A stretch of DNA of 40,036 bases. Source: Cyanobacteria bacterium P01_D01_bin.156 (GTDB lineage: Bacteria > Cyanobacteriota > Cyanobacteriia > Phormidesmidales > Phormidesmidaceae). Below the pieces are notes generated by a model. That model did not search any database and was not told the DNA's origin. It was given only the letters and a program-made list of their open reading frames with translations. Positions 9,750-18,554 of the stretch are shown one piece after another (within the stretch, counting starts at the first letter, position 1; each line of letters begins with the position of its first letter). The position numbers were made by a program, and so were the translations under genes. The DNA is taken from assembly GCA_039024555.1 (NCBI GenBank), contig JBCCQQ010000059.1:1-40036 (forward strand), read 5' to 3'.

Positions 9750-10385
9750 TTAACGCTTACGGGCAACAATATTGTACAAATGCCAGTGCTTTTCTTCACC
9801 TAATGCAGTAGTACCAGGATGTTCTTCTTCATCCAAAAGCTCTATTTCAAAAGATGTTAGCAGCTGTTCTACCTGAGGGCGCGTATGGTGATTAATGTCA
9901 TGATAGAGGGTCCAAGAATCCCGATTGCCCAGCAGATGCCCACAAAATCGACCACCGGGGTTTAAGGCAGTGACAATTTCTTCCCAGAGGTGGGAAAAAG
10001 AATCTGGTGAACAGAATGGAAGACAAAAGCTGGCATTAATGAGATCAACGGCGGGGGGTAGGGTCAAGTCTTCAAATTTTTGGACCCGTGTTTCTAAATA
10101 GGTCCGATTGATGTCGGAGCGTCGCCGTAACCGTGCGATCGCATCCAATTCTCCATCAATGGCAATCACCCGCCATCTATGGTGCAACAGGGCGGCGGTA
10201 TCCCGTCCATCACCACAGCCTAGATCTACGGCAGTCTTGCGTGACGTAGCCGATGATTCCGACGAAAAATTTTCAAGCGCCATCAACAGAGTCTCACGGG
10301 GGGGACGACCGGCCACCGCTTCATAATAATCCGTCCATCGACGCTGAAACTGAGGCAAATCCGCTGATGAGGATGGCTCAGACAT
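9750..10385 (-). CDS. Class I SAM-dependent methyltransferase (TehB/thiopurine MT-like)
   Basis: [11 protein letters not shown] motif I, VIAID, LNPGGRF; likely start at ATG 10385. Confidence 0.85.
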   Translation of the reverse strand: MSEPSSSADLPQFQRRWTDYYEAVAGRPPRETLLMALENFSSESSATSRKTAVDLGCGDGRDTAALLHHRWRVIAIDGELDAIARLRRRSDINRTYLETRVQKFEDLTLPPAVDLINASFCLPFCSPDSFSHLWEEIVTALNPGGRFCGHLLGNRDSWTLYHDINHHTRPQVEQLLTSFEIELLDEEEHPGTTALGEEKHWHLYNIVARKR

Positions 10386-10440
10386 TGGCCATCGCTTAAA
10401 AAAATTGCACATAATCCCATCGGCACTTAGTGAAACCGTA

Positions 10441-10971
10441 TTAGGAAGCTAAAACTGGAAAGTCAGGTTTAAGTAATTCTAACCAATTTGCGATCCGCTC
10501 ATCGGTCTTATCACTTTCATTGACTTCATCTAAGGGCAACCCGACAAATTTGCCCTCTCGAATTGCCGTAGATTGCTCAAACGAGTAACCGTCCGTTGAA
10601 ACAGCTCCCACTATCTTGGCACCTAGAGTTTTAAATACGTCGTGTAGAATGCCCAGCGCACCTACAAAGTGTTTGCCGTGGCCAGTACAATCACCTGCAC
10701 CAAAAAAGGCAACGGTTTTACCAGAAAAATCAGGTTTTTCAACCTCCATATCAAACAAGGGATCGCGCCAGTCGTTCTGGACTTCTCCAGCGCCCCAGGT
10801 GGAGCAACCAATGAGCAAGTAGTCGTACTTTAAGAGATCGTCTACATCATCAAAGTCTTCTTCCATGTTGTATAGATCACAGATATCTTCGCCGATTTCT
10901 TCATGGATTTTCTCGGCAATCTCTTCAGTAGTGCCAGATGTACTACCATAAAAAATTCCAATTTTTGCCAT
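10441..10971 (-). CDS. Long-chain flavodoxin (NifF/FldA-like)
   Basis: IGIFYGSTSGTTE FMN-phosphate loop, GCSTWGAGE, VAFFGAGD, KFVGLPLDEVNESDKTDERI..W. Confidence 0.93.
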   Translation of the reverse strand: MAKIGIFYGSTSGTTEEIAEKIHEEIGEDICDLYNMEEDFDDVDDLLKYDYLLIGCSTWGAGEVQNDWRDPLFDMEVEKPDFSGKTVAFFGAGDCTGHGKHFVGALGILHDVFKTLGAKIVGAVSTDGYSFEQSTAIREGKFVGLPLDEVNESDKTDERIANWLELLKPDFPVLAS

Positions 10972-11015
10972 TTTTCTAGCTCCTAAAATCGTAGGATGAT
11001 AGGGTCCTAAAGACC

Positions 11016-11258
11016 TCAGATACGCACATAGATCGATTGGATCATTGATTGGGTCAAGGCTAGTGGCCCTTGGCGTGTACGGATAACAAAGCGGGGAAAT
11101 CGCTGTTCTAAGGTGATGGAGGTTCCGGGGGATAAACCCAACCGTCGTAGTTGTTCCATAACGGTTGGATTTGTATCCTTAACTCTTGAAATTACCCCCC
11201 GCTCACCGACCTTCAATAACCGAAGAGAAGAACCAGATACTGTAAAACTGTTGAACAT
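11016..11258 (-). CDS. feoA: Ferrous iron transport protein A
   Basis: 80 aa; LRLLKVGERGVI...LRRLGLSPGTSITL FeoA pattern; position after fdxH as in other cyanobacterial nif clusters. Confidence 0.85.
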   Translation of the reverse strand: MFNSFTVSGSSLRLLKVGERGVISRVKDTNPTVMEQLRRLGLSPGTSITLEQRFPRFVIRTRQGPLALTQSMIQSIYVRI

Positions 11259-11303
11259 GTCTACTCTCTAACCTGATAAATGCGAAGGGGCAAATAAATA
11301 ATC

Positions 11304-11396
11304 GGTGTTGCTGATCTTCGATATGATTTTTCCACAGACGATACTGACCCATCGTCTATATTTGTGGATCGTTTCATACCCCCAATCAGCAACGCC
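11304..11396. repeat. Small dispersed repeat/MITE-like element with GG(C/T)GTTGCTGAT...ATCAGCAACGCC ends
   Basis: Terminal inverted repeats with an internal palindrome (ccaca-gacgat...atcgtc-tgtgg); related copy at 36737-36827. Confidence 0.7.
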
Positions 11397-11448
11397 AATC
11401 AACAGTGATGGTAACAATCTGCTGTATATTGGGCGATGTTCAGTCGCC

Positions 11449-11651
11449 TAAGGGAAGTGCGTGAAAATAAGACACCTTAATAAGGCTTGGCGATACCTGG
11501 TTCCCCTTGCCAAGGGGAACCGTCAGGGAGGGGGCTGGAAAACTAGCGCAAATGGCCGAAGACCCCTCCGCCTAAGGCACCTCCCCTTAACAAGGGGAGG
11601 ACGTTGCTTAATAAAATCCTGCTTGGAATCTTATTTTTGTGCAATCGCTTA
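11449..11651. repeat. REP/MITE-like element with CCCCTT-N3-AAGGGG hairpins
   Basis: Hairpins ggttccccttgccaaggggaacc (11499-11521) and cctccccttaacaaggggagg (11580-11600); imperfect terminal inverted repeats taag..gc..aaaataaga. Confidence 0.65.
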
Positions 11652-11658
11652 AGCAGAT

Positions 11659-11958
11659 CTAAACCAAATAGGCTTCCATGTGGGTTTTGATCGTGCAGTC
11701 TGAGCGAGGATAGGTTGAACAAAGAACAACAAACCCTTTGGCAATTTGATCATCATCTAGAAAAGACTGATCTTCTTGGTCAATCTCTCCCTCGACAAGT
11801 TTGCCAACACAGCTAGAACAGGCCCCAGCACGACAGGAGAATGGTAGCTCAATATCATTTTCTTCAGCTGCGTCAATGATATACATGTCATCCTCTACGG
11901 GGATGGTGACATCGATTTTACGCTTTTTGTTGATGAGGCGGACTTGATAAGTACTCAT
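11659..11958 (-). CDS. fdxH: Nitrogenase-specific plant-type [2Fe-2S] ferredoxin
   Basis: [13 protein letters not shown] (FdxH basic patch), [16 protein letters not shown]. Confidence 0.92.
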   Translation of the reverse strand: MSTYQVRLINKKRKIDVTIPVEDDMYIIDAAEENDIELPFSCRAGACSSCVGKLVEGEIDQEDQSFLDDDQIAKGFVVLCSTYPRSDCTIKTHMEAYLV

Positions 11959-12005
11959 GGTGAAATCTCCTCTCTAAATTAGGACTGATCAGGGGCTTAA
12001 TGCGG

Positions 12006-12371
12006 TTAAGAACAGGGGACACTGGCGGGAGTGCAATCCCCCGCTTGGAAGGATTTACCACAGCCACAGGTATCTGTAGCATTGGGATTAGTAAACTTGA
12101 AACCGCTCTCTAGCAAACTATCGATGTAGTCTACGACCACACCATCAAGCAGGGGGGCACTTTGGGGATCGATAAAGACTTTGAGACTACCGGCTTCTGT
12201 AATCTCATCATCAACATTGGGGGCGTTTACAACCTTAATGTCGTACTCGTAGCCATTACAGCCGCCGTCTTTAACGGCTAGACGAACGCCCCGCGTTGGG
12301 GTGTAGTTAGGGGTGCCCCGGACAAAGGTACGCAGACGAAGTTCAGCGAGTTCGGTGAGGGTAACAGTCAT
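12006..12371 (-). CDS. hesB: HesB/IscA-nif Fe-S carrier
   Basis: GGCNGYEY, FTNPNATDTCGCGKSF. Confidence 0.93.
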   Translation of the reverse strand: MTVTLTELAELRLRTFVRGTPNYTPTRGVRLAVKDGGCNGYEYDIKVVNAPNVDDEITEAGSLKVFIDPQSAPLLDGVVVDYIDSLLESGFKFTNPNATDTCGCGKSFQAGDCTPASVPCS

Positions 12372-12391
12372 GGTGGGTTTGGGTTAAGGGG

Positions 12392-12622
12392 TTAATCAGT
12401 GGGGTTGCTGAAGTTGTGTTTTTGAAACACTAAGGAGGGGGTTAACAACAACAGGACAAGAATGATGCTCTTTATAAAAATAGGGGCAGTGGCTAAACCT
12501 AAAATCAAACAGGTGGCAGTGGCAAGATTACCTAAGAAACCAAGCACTTCATCACCAGACAGTTGGGTGAATCGCCAAAAAATCAGGGTTAAGCTAAAGA
12601 AAATCAGGGTAGTCCAGGGCAT
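12392..12622 (-). CDS. Small hydrophobic (membrane) hypothetical protein
   Basis: 76-aa ORF filling the hesA-hesB gap; 2-3 hydrophobic segments. Confidence 0.65.
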   Translation of the reverse strand: MPWTTLIFFSLTLIFWRFTQLSGDEVLGFLGNLATATCLILGLATAPIFIKSIILVLLLLTPSLVFQKHNFSNPTD

Positions 12623-12637
12623 GGGTCAAAACAGAGT

Positions 12638-13429
12638 TCAACAAACAGACATCGGAGCGGTCACCAGACGATCCGGTCGCTGGGTCCGGTGGCCGCACAC
12701 CGGACAATTAGGATCGTGATAAGGTCGTCGTTTAGCAAATTCGGCACGGGCTAAATCCATGGTCAACAGCTGTCCCAGAAGAGGTTGGCCTAGGCCGGTA
12801 ATCAGCTTAATGGCTTCTAATGCCGCTAAACAGGCTAGGGTTCCTGACACAGCGCCTAAGACACCAAACCCCCAACGATCCCAGTCTGGTTTTTCAGGAA
12901 ACAAGCAGGTGAGACAGGGAGTTTTGCCCGGTACAATGGTAGTGAGATAAGCCTCCATACTATTCATGGCAGCTTCTACCATGGGTTTTCCCCAATGCAC
13001 ACAGGCACTGTTGAGCAAGTTTCTCTCTTGAAAGTCAAAGGCGCAGTCTAAGGCAATGTCGGCCTGCTGTACGAGAGTGTCAATGTTGTCAGCATTGACG
13101 TATTCACATACGGCCTCAATTTGGATGTCTGGGTTGAGGTTGTTCAAGGTTTCTTGGGCCTTAAAGACCCGAGGTTTGCCCACCCAGTCATCGGTCATGA
13201 GAACTTGTCGATTGAGATCATCACGCTGTAGATTGCCACCGCGGACTAAAATCAGTTTGCCCACACCGGCTACGGCTAAATAGAGGGCCGCGGTTCCCCC
13301 TAATCCCCCCACACCTGTTACCAATGCTGTGGTGTTTTTTAACTGGAGCTGCCCAGCTTCACCCAGTCCTGGTAACATCATTTGACGACGGTAGCGTTCA
13401 ATTTCGATGGGAGTGAGTGAGGGAAGCAT
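12638..13429 (-). CDS. hesA: HesA (ThiF/MoeB family)
   Basis: ERYRRQ, GVGGLGG, DLNRQ, CxxC pairs (CLTC, CPVC). Confidence 0.93.
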   Translation of the reverse strand: MLPSLTPIEIERYRRQMMLPGLGEAGQLQLKNTTALVTGVGGLGGTAALYLAVAGVGKLILVRGGNLQRDDLNRQVLMTDDWVGKPRVFKAQETLNNLNPDIQIEAVCEYVNADNIDTLVQQADIALDCAFDFQERNLLNSACVHWGKPMVEAAMNSMEAYLTTIVPGKTPCLTCLFPEKPDWDRWGFGVLGAVSGTLACLAALEAIKLITGLGQPLLGQLLTMDLARAEFAKRRPYHDPNCPVCGHRTQRPDRLVTAPMSVC

Positions 13430-13465
13430 GGTGACAATGGTGAGTGAGTGATGATTAGCTACAGG

Positions 13466-13789
13466 TTAGTCCGACTCCACAACAATATCCGATAGTTTCA
13501 CTACGTTTTTAGGTTGATCTTGGAAGACTTTAAAGAGTTTTTGTTCTACGGAAGAAGAGGTCAAAAACAAGTTATAGGCAGTTTGCAGCGCCTGACGATA
13601 GGCATTGAGCTTTTGCGCTTCAGGTTGGGCTTTATCTTCTTCTTGAACAAGCTGAGAAAATTTCCGCAAAATGTGTAGACGGTTGATATTGACCACTTTT
13701 GGATCATAGGTTAGCCCAAAAAACTTAAAGTAGTCTTCAGCATCTTTGAGCTGATTAAACTGAGCTAGGGTGCGAGTTAATGTAGTCAT
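13466..13789 (-). CDS. nifW: Nitrogenase-stabilizing protein NifW
   Basis: AEDYFKFFGLTYDPKVVNINRLHILRKF...KLFKVF. Confidence 0.95.
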   Translation of the reverse strand: MTTLTRTLAQFNQLKDAEDYFKFFGLTYDPKVVNINRLHILRKFSQLVQEEDKAQPEAQKLNAYRQALQTAYNLFLTSSSVEQKLFKVFQDQPKNVVKLSDIVVESD

Positions 13790-14013
13790 TGGGTAGTCTC
13801 CAAGGTTTTTAGTTGTTGTCTAAGTTCGCGTAGCTGACAATAGATGTCATAGGTGCGGGCAGCGGCATCTGGAAGTTTCTCTAGATCGGTGGGAAGACCT
13901 TCGGCAATATCATGCAGGTCCATCTTCATCTGTCCTGCCTTGCTGTTAAGTTTTCTAATTTGTTTTTTGAGATCATCCAGATTGGTTGTGAGGAGAGTTT
14001 GGGTTTGGGACAT
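13786..14013 (-). CDS. nif-associated small coiled-coil protein (DUF683/CCE_0567 family)
   Basis: LKKQIRKLNSKAGQMKMDLHDIAEGLP; likely start ATG 14013. Confidence 0.88.
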   Translation of the reverse strand: MSQTQTLLTTNLDDLKKQIRKLNSKAGQMKMDLHDIAEGLPTDLEKLPDAAARTYDIYCQLRELRQQLKTLETTQ

Positions 14014-14039
14014 GGGGTAAGGTGATAAATGAACAAGGT

Positions 14040-14528
14040 CTAAAGATTGCAAACAGCTGGGAATCGCTCGGCTAAGTCAATCCCTCTTTGAACCAGTTTC
14101 TCGCCCTCAGCGTTGAGTTTTTCTAGGGAATCAAATCCAAAGCGTTGCGCATCCCGCAGGGTCTTAGAGACTAAAATCAGACGACCGGAAAAGATTAAGG
14201 CCCAACCAAAGCCTTCGTGGCTAAGGTCAACAACAACTTGGGAGAGCTGGCCAGTTTCTTGTTCAATTCGAGCTGCGATCGCACGATAGAAAGCCAAAAT
14301 TCGTCCCATCGTAATCGGATCGACTTCTCCTTCCACCGGAATCTCCCGGCGCTTTTTCTTGGCAATAATATAAGGCTTGAGCAAGGTCTCATCAGCCCAG
14401 TTACGATAGGTTCCATAGGGATCGTTAGCGCGAATTTGCTTAACGATCGCTTTGAGAAACGGGGAACTATCAATCACTAATGCTGAGTTTAAGCTAGTTG
14501 TCTTTAGTTCAGTGGCAGCAGGGCTCAT
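14040..14528 (-). CDS. NifX-associated nitrogen fixation protein (DUF269)
   Basis: IRANDPYG, LSHEGFGWAL..SGRL...LRDAQRFGF. Confidence 0.92.
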   Translation of the reverse strand: MSPAATELKTTSLNSALVIDSSPFLKAIVKQIRANDPYGTYRNWADETLLKPYIIAKKKRREIPVEGEVDPITMGRILAFYRAIAARIEQETGQLSQVVVDLSHEGFGWALIFSGRLILVSKTLRDAQRFGFDSLEKLNAEGEKLVQRGIDLAERFPAVCNL

Positions 14529-14947
14529 ACAAATACTTCCTCTTCAATAGTTTCAAAATCGTCTTCGAAGGTTGGAGCGGGTTGGCTCTTTAGCAATGCC
14601 TTACGCAACCAGGGGGGAGGACTGCCATTGAGAGAGTCTACTAAACGCTTTAGGACATCCTCAATGGTTCCGGATTCGGTTTTAATGGGGGTAATATTCT
14701 TGCGGATTAATCGGGCCGCAGCACTGCCCCCAATCGCAGAAACATAAACAATTGTGCAGTTTTGAAGCGCCTTCACCTTAGGTTCCAGCTTGTCTTCATT
14801 ACCGTCTTCTTTAAGATCACCTCCAAATTTTAGTGCTTCTAAAAAGGTGTAGCCTGTGGTATCAACCTCGTAGACATCGATCTGTCTTGCCCAACCAAAG
14901 TGAGCATTAATGTGGATCGAATCTTGGGTAGCAAAGGCAATTTTCAT
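14525..14947 (-). CDS. nifX: FeMo-co precursor carrier NifX
   Basis: MKIAFAT..INAHFGWA, EDGNEDKL, IGGSAAARL, PPPWLRKAL. Confidence 0.95.
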   Translation of the reverse strand: MKIAFATQDSIHINAHFGWARQIDVYEVDTTGYTFLEALKFGGDLKEDGNEDKLEPKVKALQNCTIVYVSAIGGSAAARLIRKNITPIKTESGTIEDVLKRLVDSLNGSPPPWLRKALLKSQPAPTFEDDFETIEEEVFV

Positions 14948-14972
14948 GGGTTATCTCCTCATCGGTAGATAT

Positions 14973-17771
14973 CTAAATATCGCCCCGCTGCCAGGCGTGA
15001 ACCTGAGCATGGGCATTTGCTTCATCCGCCTCTAGAAAAATGTTGCCGATATCAAACAAGAGCTGGATAGTGCCGGTATATCCCACGGTGTGACGTTGCC
15101 CATTACCAAGGCGGTCAAATACTGGGAAACCCAAGCGATAGAGGGGAATGCCGAGACGTTTTGAAATCGTCTTGGCATTAGAATTCGCAATCAACAGGTC
15201 TGCACCTTGGGCCAGATCTTCAAAGTCTTCTAAATCGCCAATGGTGACCGTATCAACGGGCATATGCTTGAGCAATTTAGACTTGGTTGTGGTAACCGCC
15301 GCATGGATATCTGCCCCCGTTGTGGTCAGCCACCAAGCCATGGAATGCAACAGATCGGGTTCTAAGGCTAAGGCCACCCGTTTACGACCAAAGAAAAAGT
15401 GGGTATCCAGAATGGCATCCTGCAGCTGTCGACGCTGGTGGCGGAATTTTTCGGGGACAGGATATCCGCTTAGCTCTGAAAGACTTTGCAAAAATCTGTC
15501 CACGGCACCCAGGCCAGTAAGGCTATTAAACAGCTTAAATTCAGTTCCAAACCGCTGTTGTAAAATCTCAGCCGCTAACTTCATACTGTTGCCGATAGCT
15601 AGGGTAAATGAAGAATATTCTAAGGACTTTAGCTGATTAAGGGTGGTTCCCCCATTGGTGAGCCCTGAGGAACTATCGGCTAAGTGCCCATCGAGAGATT
15701 TTGAGAGATCGGGAACAAACACTGGATTTAAGCCAAATGCCGTCACGATATCCTTAACCACCTGGACATCACCGGGGGCTAACGAGGCGCCTGCCAACAC
15801 CGTAACCTGGGATGGCACGCCGGGCACAGCATAGCTGTAGAACAGATCCTCACTCTGCAGCTCATCTTGACCATTATCGGGAATATCGCGTACTAGGGCT
15901 TCTACAGCAGCGGCATAGCCATCTTGCAAAGCTCCCTTAAAATCGGGTGTTGAGGCAAAGGCAATGGGCAACGAGGCCAACTGTGGGTTCCGTTTCCGAA
16001 ATTCCTTTAAGATGCCGCGCATGTCATCGCCCCGGGTTTCCGTTAACCCAGTGGTACACAGCCCGATAATGGCCGGTTTAGATTTTTCCCACAGGGTTAA
16101 GATGGCAGTCTCCACATTATCTTCTCCCCCTAAAATTGTGGTCACCTCTGTCATCGCCGTAGTCGACATGGGGACCGCCTCTCGGAAATGGCGTACCAGC
16201 ATAACTTTAGCGAATGCGGTACAGCCCTGGGAGCCGTGGAAGAGGGGCATCATTCCCTTAATCCCTAAATAGGCTAGGGCTGCTCCCAGGGGCTGGCTTT
16301 GCTTGAGGGGATTAACCGCGACCGGTTTCCGACGGGAGAGAACTTTCGTGGTAGTTTGGGCAGGGGTACCTATTGCATCAGGGCTCTCCTGATCCCAGCT
16401 CCCGCCAACGCTATCCCAGGGAGATTCACGCCGTACCTGTTCCCAAATGGGGCTGTGTAGAGCTTCATCTAGCTCCTTGGCCATTTCAATCATGCCCAGG
16501 TAACCGGCATAGGGGTGGTGACGTTCCTGGTTGATATCCAGAAATGGAATTCTTGCCTTGAGGGCTGTATATTGGTTACGTCCCCCCGCAATCAGCATGT
16601 CAGCATTAGTTTTGGCAATCACCTTGAGCAAATCATTGCCATTTTTCATGGTGATCCCGTCTTTACCCAGGAGAGCTTTAATCCGGGCTTTGTCTTCTTC
16701 TGTGCTCTTTTTAGTACTGGTGGCTACGACATTAATGCCTAAATCATTCGCAGCAGAGATAATTGACCAGCTTTTAACTCCGCCTGTGTAGAGTACAACG
16801 CGCTTACCTTTTAGACGTTGGCGGTAGGGGGCGAGGGCGATATCTAATTTATGGGTTTCTTCTTTAATAAGGGCTTCAACCCGGCTTTGCAGATCGGCGT
16901 CGCCTAGTTTGGCGGCGATGTCTCGCAACAGACGATTCATGTCTGCGATGCCATAAATAGACTCTTCAATGTAAGGAATGCCGTAGCGTTCCTCCATTTT
17001 GTGGGCCATATTAATGAGAGCCTTAGAACAAATCATGACGTTCAGCTTGGCTCGGTGGGCACAGGCCACTTCGTTGTATCGGGCATCGCCGGTAATTTTG
17101 GCCAGTACACGAATGCCTAGCTTTTCTAACAGCGGCAACATGCCCCACATTTCTCCGGCAATGTTGTACTCGCCAATGAGATTAATATCATAGGGGGTGG
17201 TGTAGTCAGGCTCTCGGGTGCCGACAACATGTTCGAGGAGAGCTTCACCCCCGATGCGATTCCCCAGATTTTTGCTGCCTACAAAACCGGGCGAGCTAAC
17301 GGGCACTACAGGCACGTTAAACTTTTTGCTAGCGGCTTGGCAGACGGCATTGATGTCATCCCCTATTAATGCAGTGACACAGGTGAGATAAACAAATACA
17401 GCTGCAGGGTTATAGCGCTCTTTAACATCATGAATTGCCTTATAAAGCTTCTTCTCACCACCAAAAATAATCTCGTTTTCACTCAGATCGGTGGTGAAAC
17501 CCATCTTATAAATCATGGGTCCAGAGGAAAGACTCCCCCGACTCCCCCAGGAGTTTCCTGAACAGGCAATGGGGCCATGAACCAAATGGGCGACATCGGT
17601 AATGGGTACCAAGGCAATACTGGCCCCGTCAAATGCACATCCGCCCTGGGCAGCTCCAGGCTGTGCCTGCTGCTGACAGGCTTTGTTTTTACCCTTTTTA
17701 TCTTTTTTATGGTTGTGCTCACAGCCCGGCTGGGTTAGCAGCTCGTTGACTTTGCCAGAGGTCATTTTCAT
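14973..17771 (-). CDS. nifEN: Fused FeMo-co scaffold NifE-NifN
   Basis: NifE half ([40 protein letters not shown]) joined in frame to a NifN half ([30 protein letters not shown]); 932 aa. Confidence 0.95.
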   Translation of the reverse strand: MKMTSGKVNELLTQPGCEHNHKKDKKGKNKACQQQAQPGAAQGGCAFDGASIALVPITDVAHLVHGPIACSGNSWGSRGSLSSGPMIYKMGFTTDLSENEIIFGGEKKLYKAIHDVKERYNPAAVFVYLTCVTALIGDDINAVCQAASKKFNVPVVPVSSPGFVGSKNLGNRIGGEALLEHVVGTREPDYTTPYDINLIGEYNIAGEMWGMLPLLEKLGIRVLAKITGDARYNEVACAHRAKLNVMICSKALINMAHKMEERYGIPYIEESIYGIADMNRLLRDIAAKLGDADLQSRVEALIKEETHKLDIALAPYRQRLKGKRVVLYTGGVKSWSIISAANDLGINVVATSTKKSTEEDKARIKALLGKDGITMKNGNDLLKVIAKTNADMLIAGGRNQYTALKARIPFLDINQERHHPYAGYLGMIEMAKELDEALHSPIWEQVRRESPWDSVGGSWDQESPDAIGTPAQTTTKVLSRRKPVAVNPLKQSQPLGAALAYLGIKGMMPLFHGSQGCTAFAKVMLVRHFREAVPMSTTAMTEVTTILGGEDNVETAILTLWEKSKPAIIGLCTTGLTETRGDDMRGILKEFRKRNPQLASLPIAFASTPDFKGALQDGYAAAVEALVRDIPDNGQDELQSEDLFYSYAVPGVPSQVTVLAGASLAPGDVQVVKDIVTAFGLNPVFVPDLSKSLDGHLADSSSGLTNGGTTLNQLKSLEYSSFTLAIGNSMKLAAEILQQRFGTEFKLFNSLTGLGAVDRFLQSLSELSGYPVPEKFRHQRRQLQDAILDTHFFFGRKRVALALEPDLLHSMAWWLTTTGADIHAAVTTTKSKLLKHMPVDTVTIGDLEDFEDLAQGADLLIANSNAKTISKRLGIPLYRLGFPVFDRLGNGQRHTVGYTGTIQLLFDIGNIFLEADEANAHAQVHAWQRGDI

Positions 17772-17809
17772 GGCGATCAGAAGATAAGGGGGAATGAGAA
17801 TTTAGAGCG

Positions 17810-18142
17810 TTAGCGAACGTAGTTCGTAATGTCTTCGCTGCAGGTTTCTGCTAAGTAGGTCAGTGCTCGCAATCGCAAACTAACAAGTTCGTCATAAACC
17901 GGATTAATTCTACAGAGGGCTGGAATATGAATGGTTTTACCAAAAATAGAAATATCTCGCTCAAAGGGGCAGCTGCTAGGGATGACTCGACAGATGAAAT
18001 AGGCAATGCGCCGGTTTGTTATCTGAAGATTATCGAGCCAGTTTCGGACAGGCTTTAACAGACGAGGAAATTTGGGTTGAGATGTCCCTTTGGGGCTGGT
18101 TATGGAATGGGACTGAGATGTGAGAATAGCCATGGTTTTCAC
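17810..18142 (-). CDS. 'Mo-dependent nitrogenase C-terminal domain' cyanobacterial protein
   Basis: LLKPVRNWLD...ICRVIPSSCPFERDI...HIPALCRINPVYDELVSLRLRALTYLA. Confidence 0.88.
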   Translation of the reverse strand: MKTMAILTSQSHSITSPKGTSQPKFPRLLKPVRNWLDNLQITNRRIAYFICRVIPSSCPFERDISIFGKTIHIPALCRINPVYDELVSLRLRALTYLAETCSEDITNYVR

Positions 18143-18432
18143 CAGTCAGGTTGTTCAATCAGGGGTGGACGATCTTCTGCTAGATCTAATTCTTTTTTTA
18201 GACAGCCCACGACATAGTTGGTTTCTAGGAAATGCACGGAATAGATATAGGCTCGTTGCAGATAGGTGCCAATACCAACGATGTAGCCGACATCACCCTT
18301 CTTTGCGAGATGAAAACCGATATCTTTGCCAGGGAAGGTGCCATCGTTACGGATGACTTTGCGAACACGGACACGATCACCCATGTCGAAGAAGGGAGGA
18401 GAGTCAATTTCGATTTCTTCGCTCAGTTTCAT
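18139..18432 (-). CDS. nifZ: NifZ P-cluster maturation factor
   Basis: PFFDMGDRVRVRKVIRNDGTFPG...KGDVGYI..IGTYLQ..YIYSVHF..VVGC; start ATG 18432. Confidence 0.95.
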   Translation of the reverse strand: MKLSEEIEIDSPPFFDMGDRVRVRKVIRNDGTFPGKDIGFHLAKKGDVGYIVGIGTYLQRAYIYSVHFLETNYVVGCLKKELDLAEDRPPLIEQPDW

Positions 18433-18454
18433 GGTAAGGATGTGGGGTGTGGGA

Positions 18455-18532
18455 AGTGGAGAGGAAAGAAGAGCAGAGTGAGAATGGTGTGAAAAGACTA
18501 CATTCACTGCTCTATTTCTTGACCTCTCCACT
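18455..18532 (-). terminator. Long stem-loop just downstream of nifK (mRNA stabilizer or partial terminator)
   Basis: agtggagagg..aagaa.gagca..gtga / tcac.tgctc..ttctt..cctctccact inverted repeat. Confidence 0.6.
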
Positions 18533-18554
18533 CGATTAGCAAGGCCGTTCTCGT

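Noticed and set aside
11461..11652. 63-aa plus-strand ORF
   Set aside because: Lies entirely within the REP/MITE-like element.
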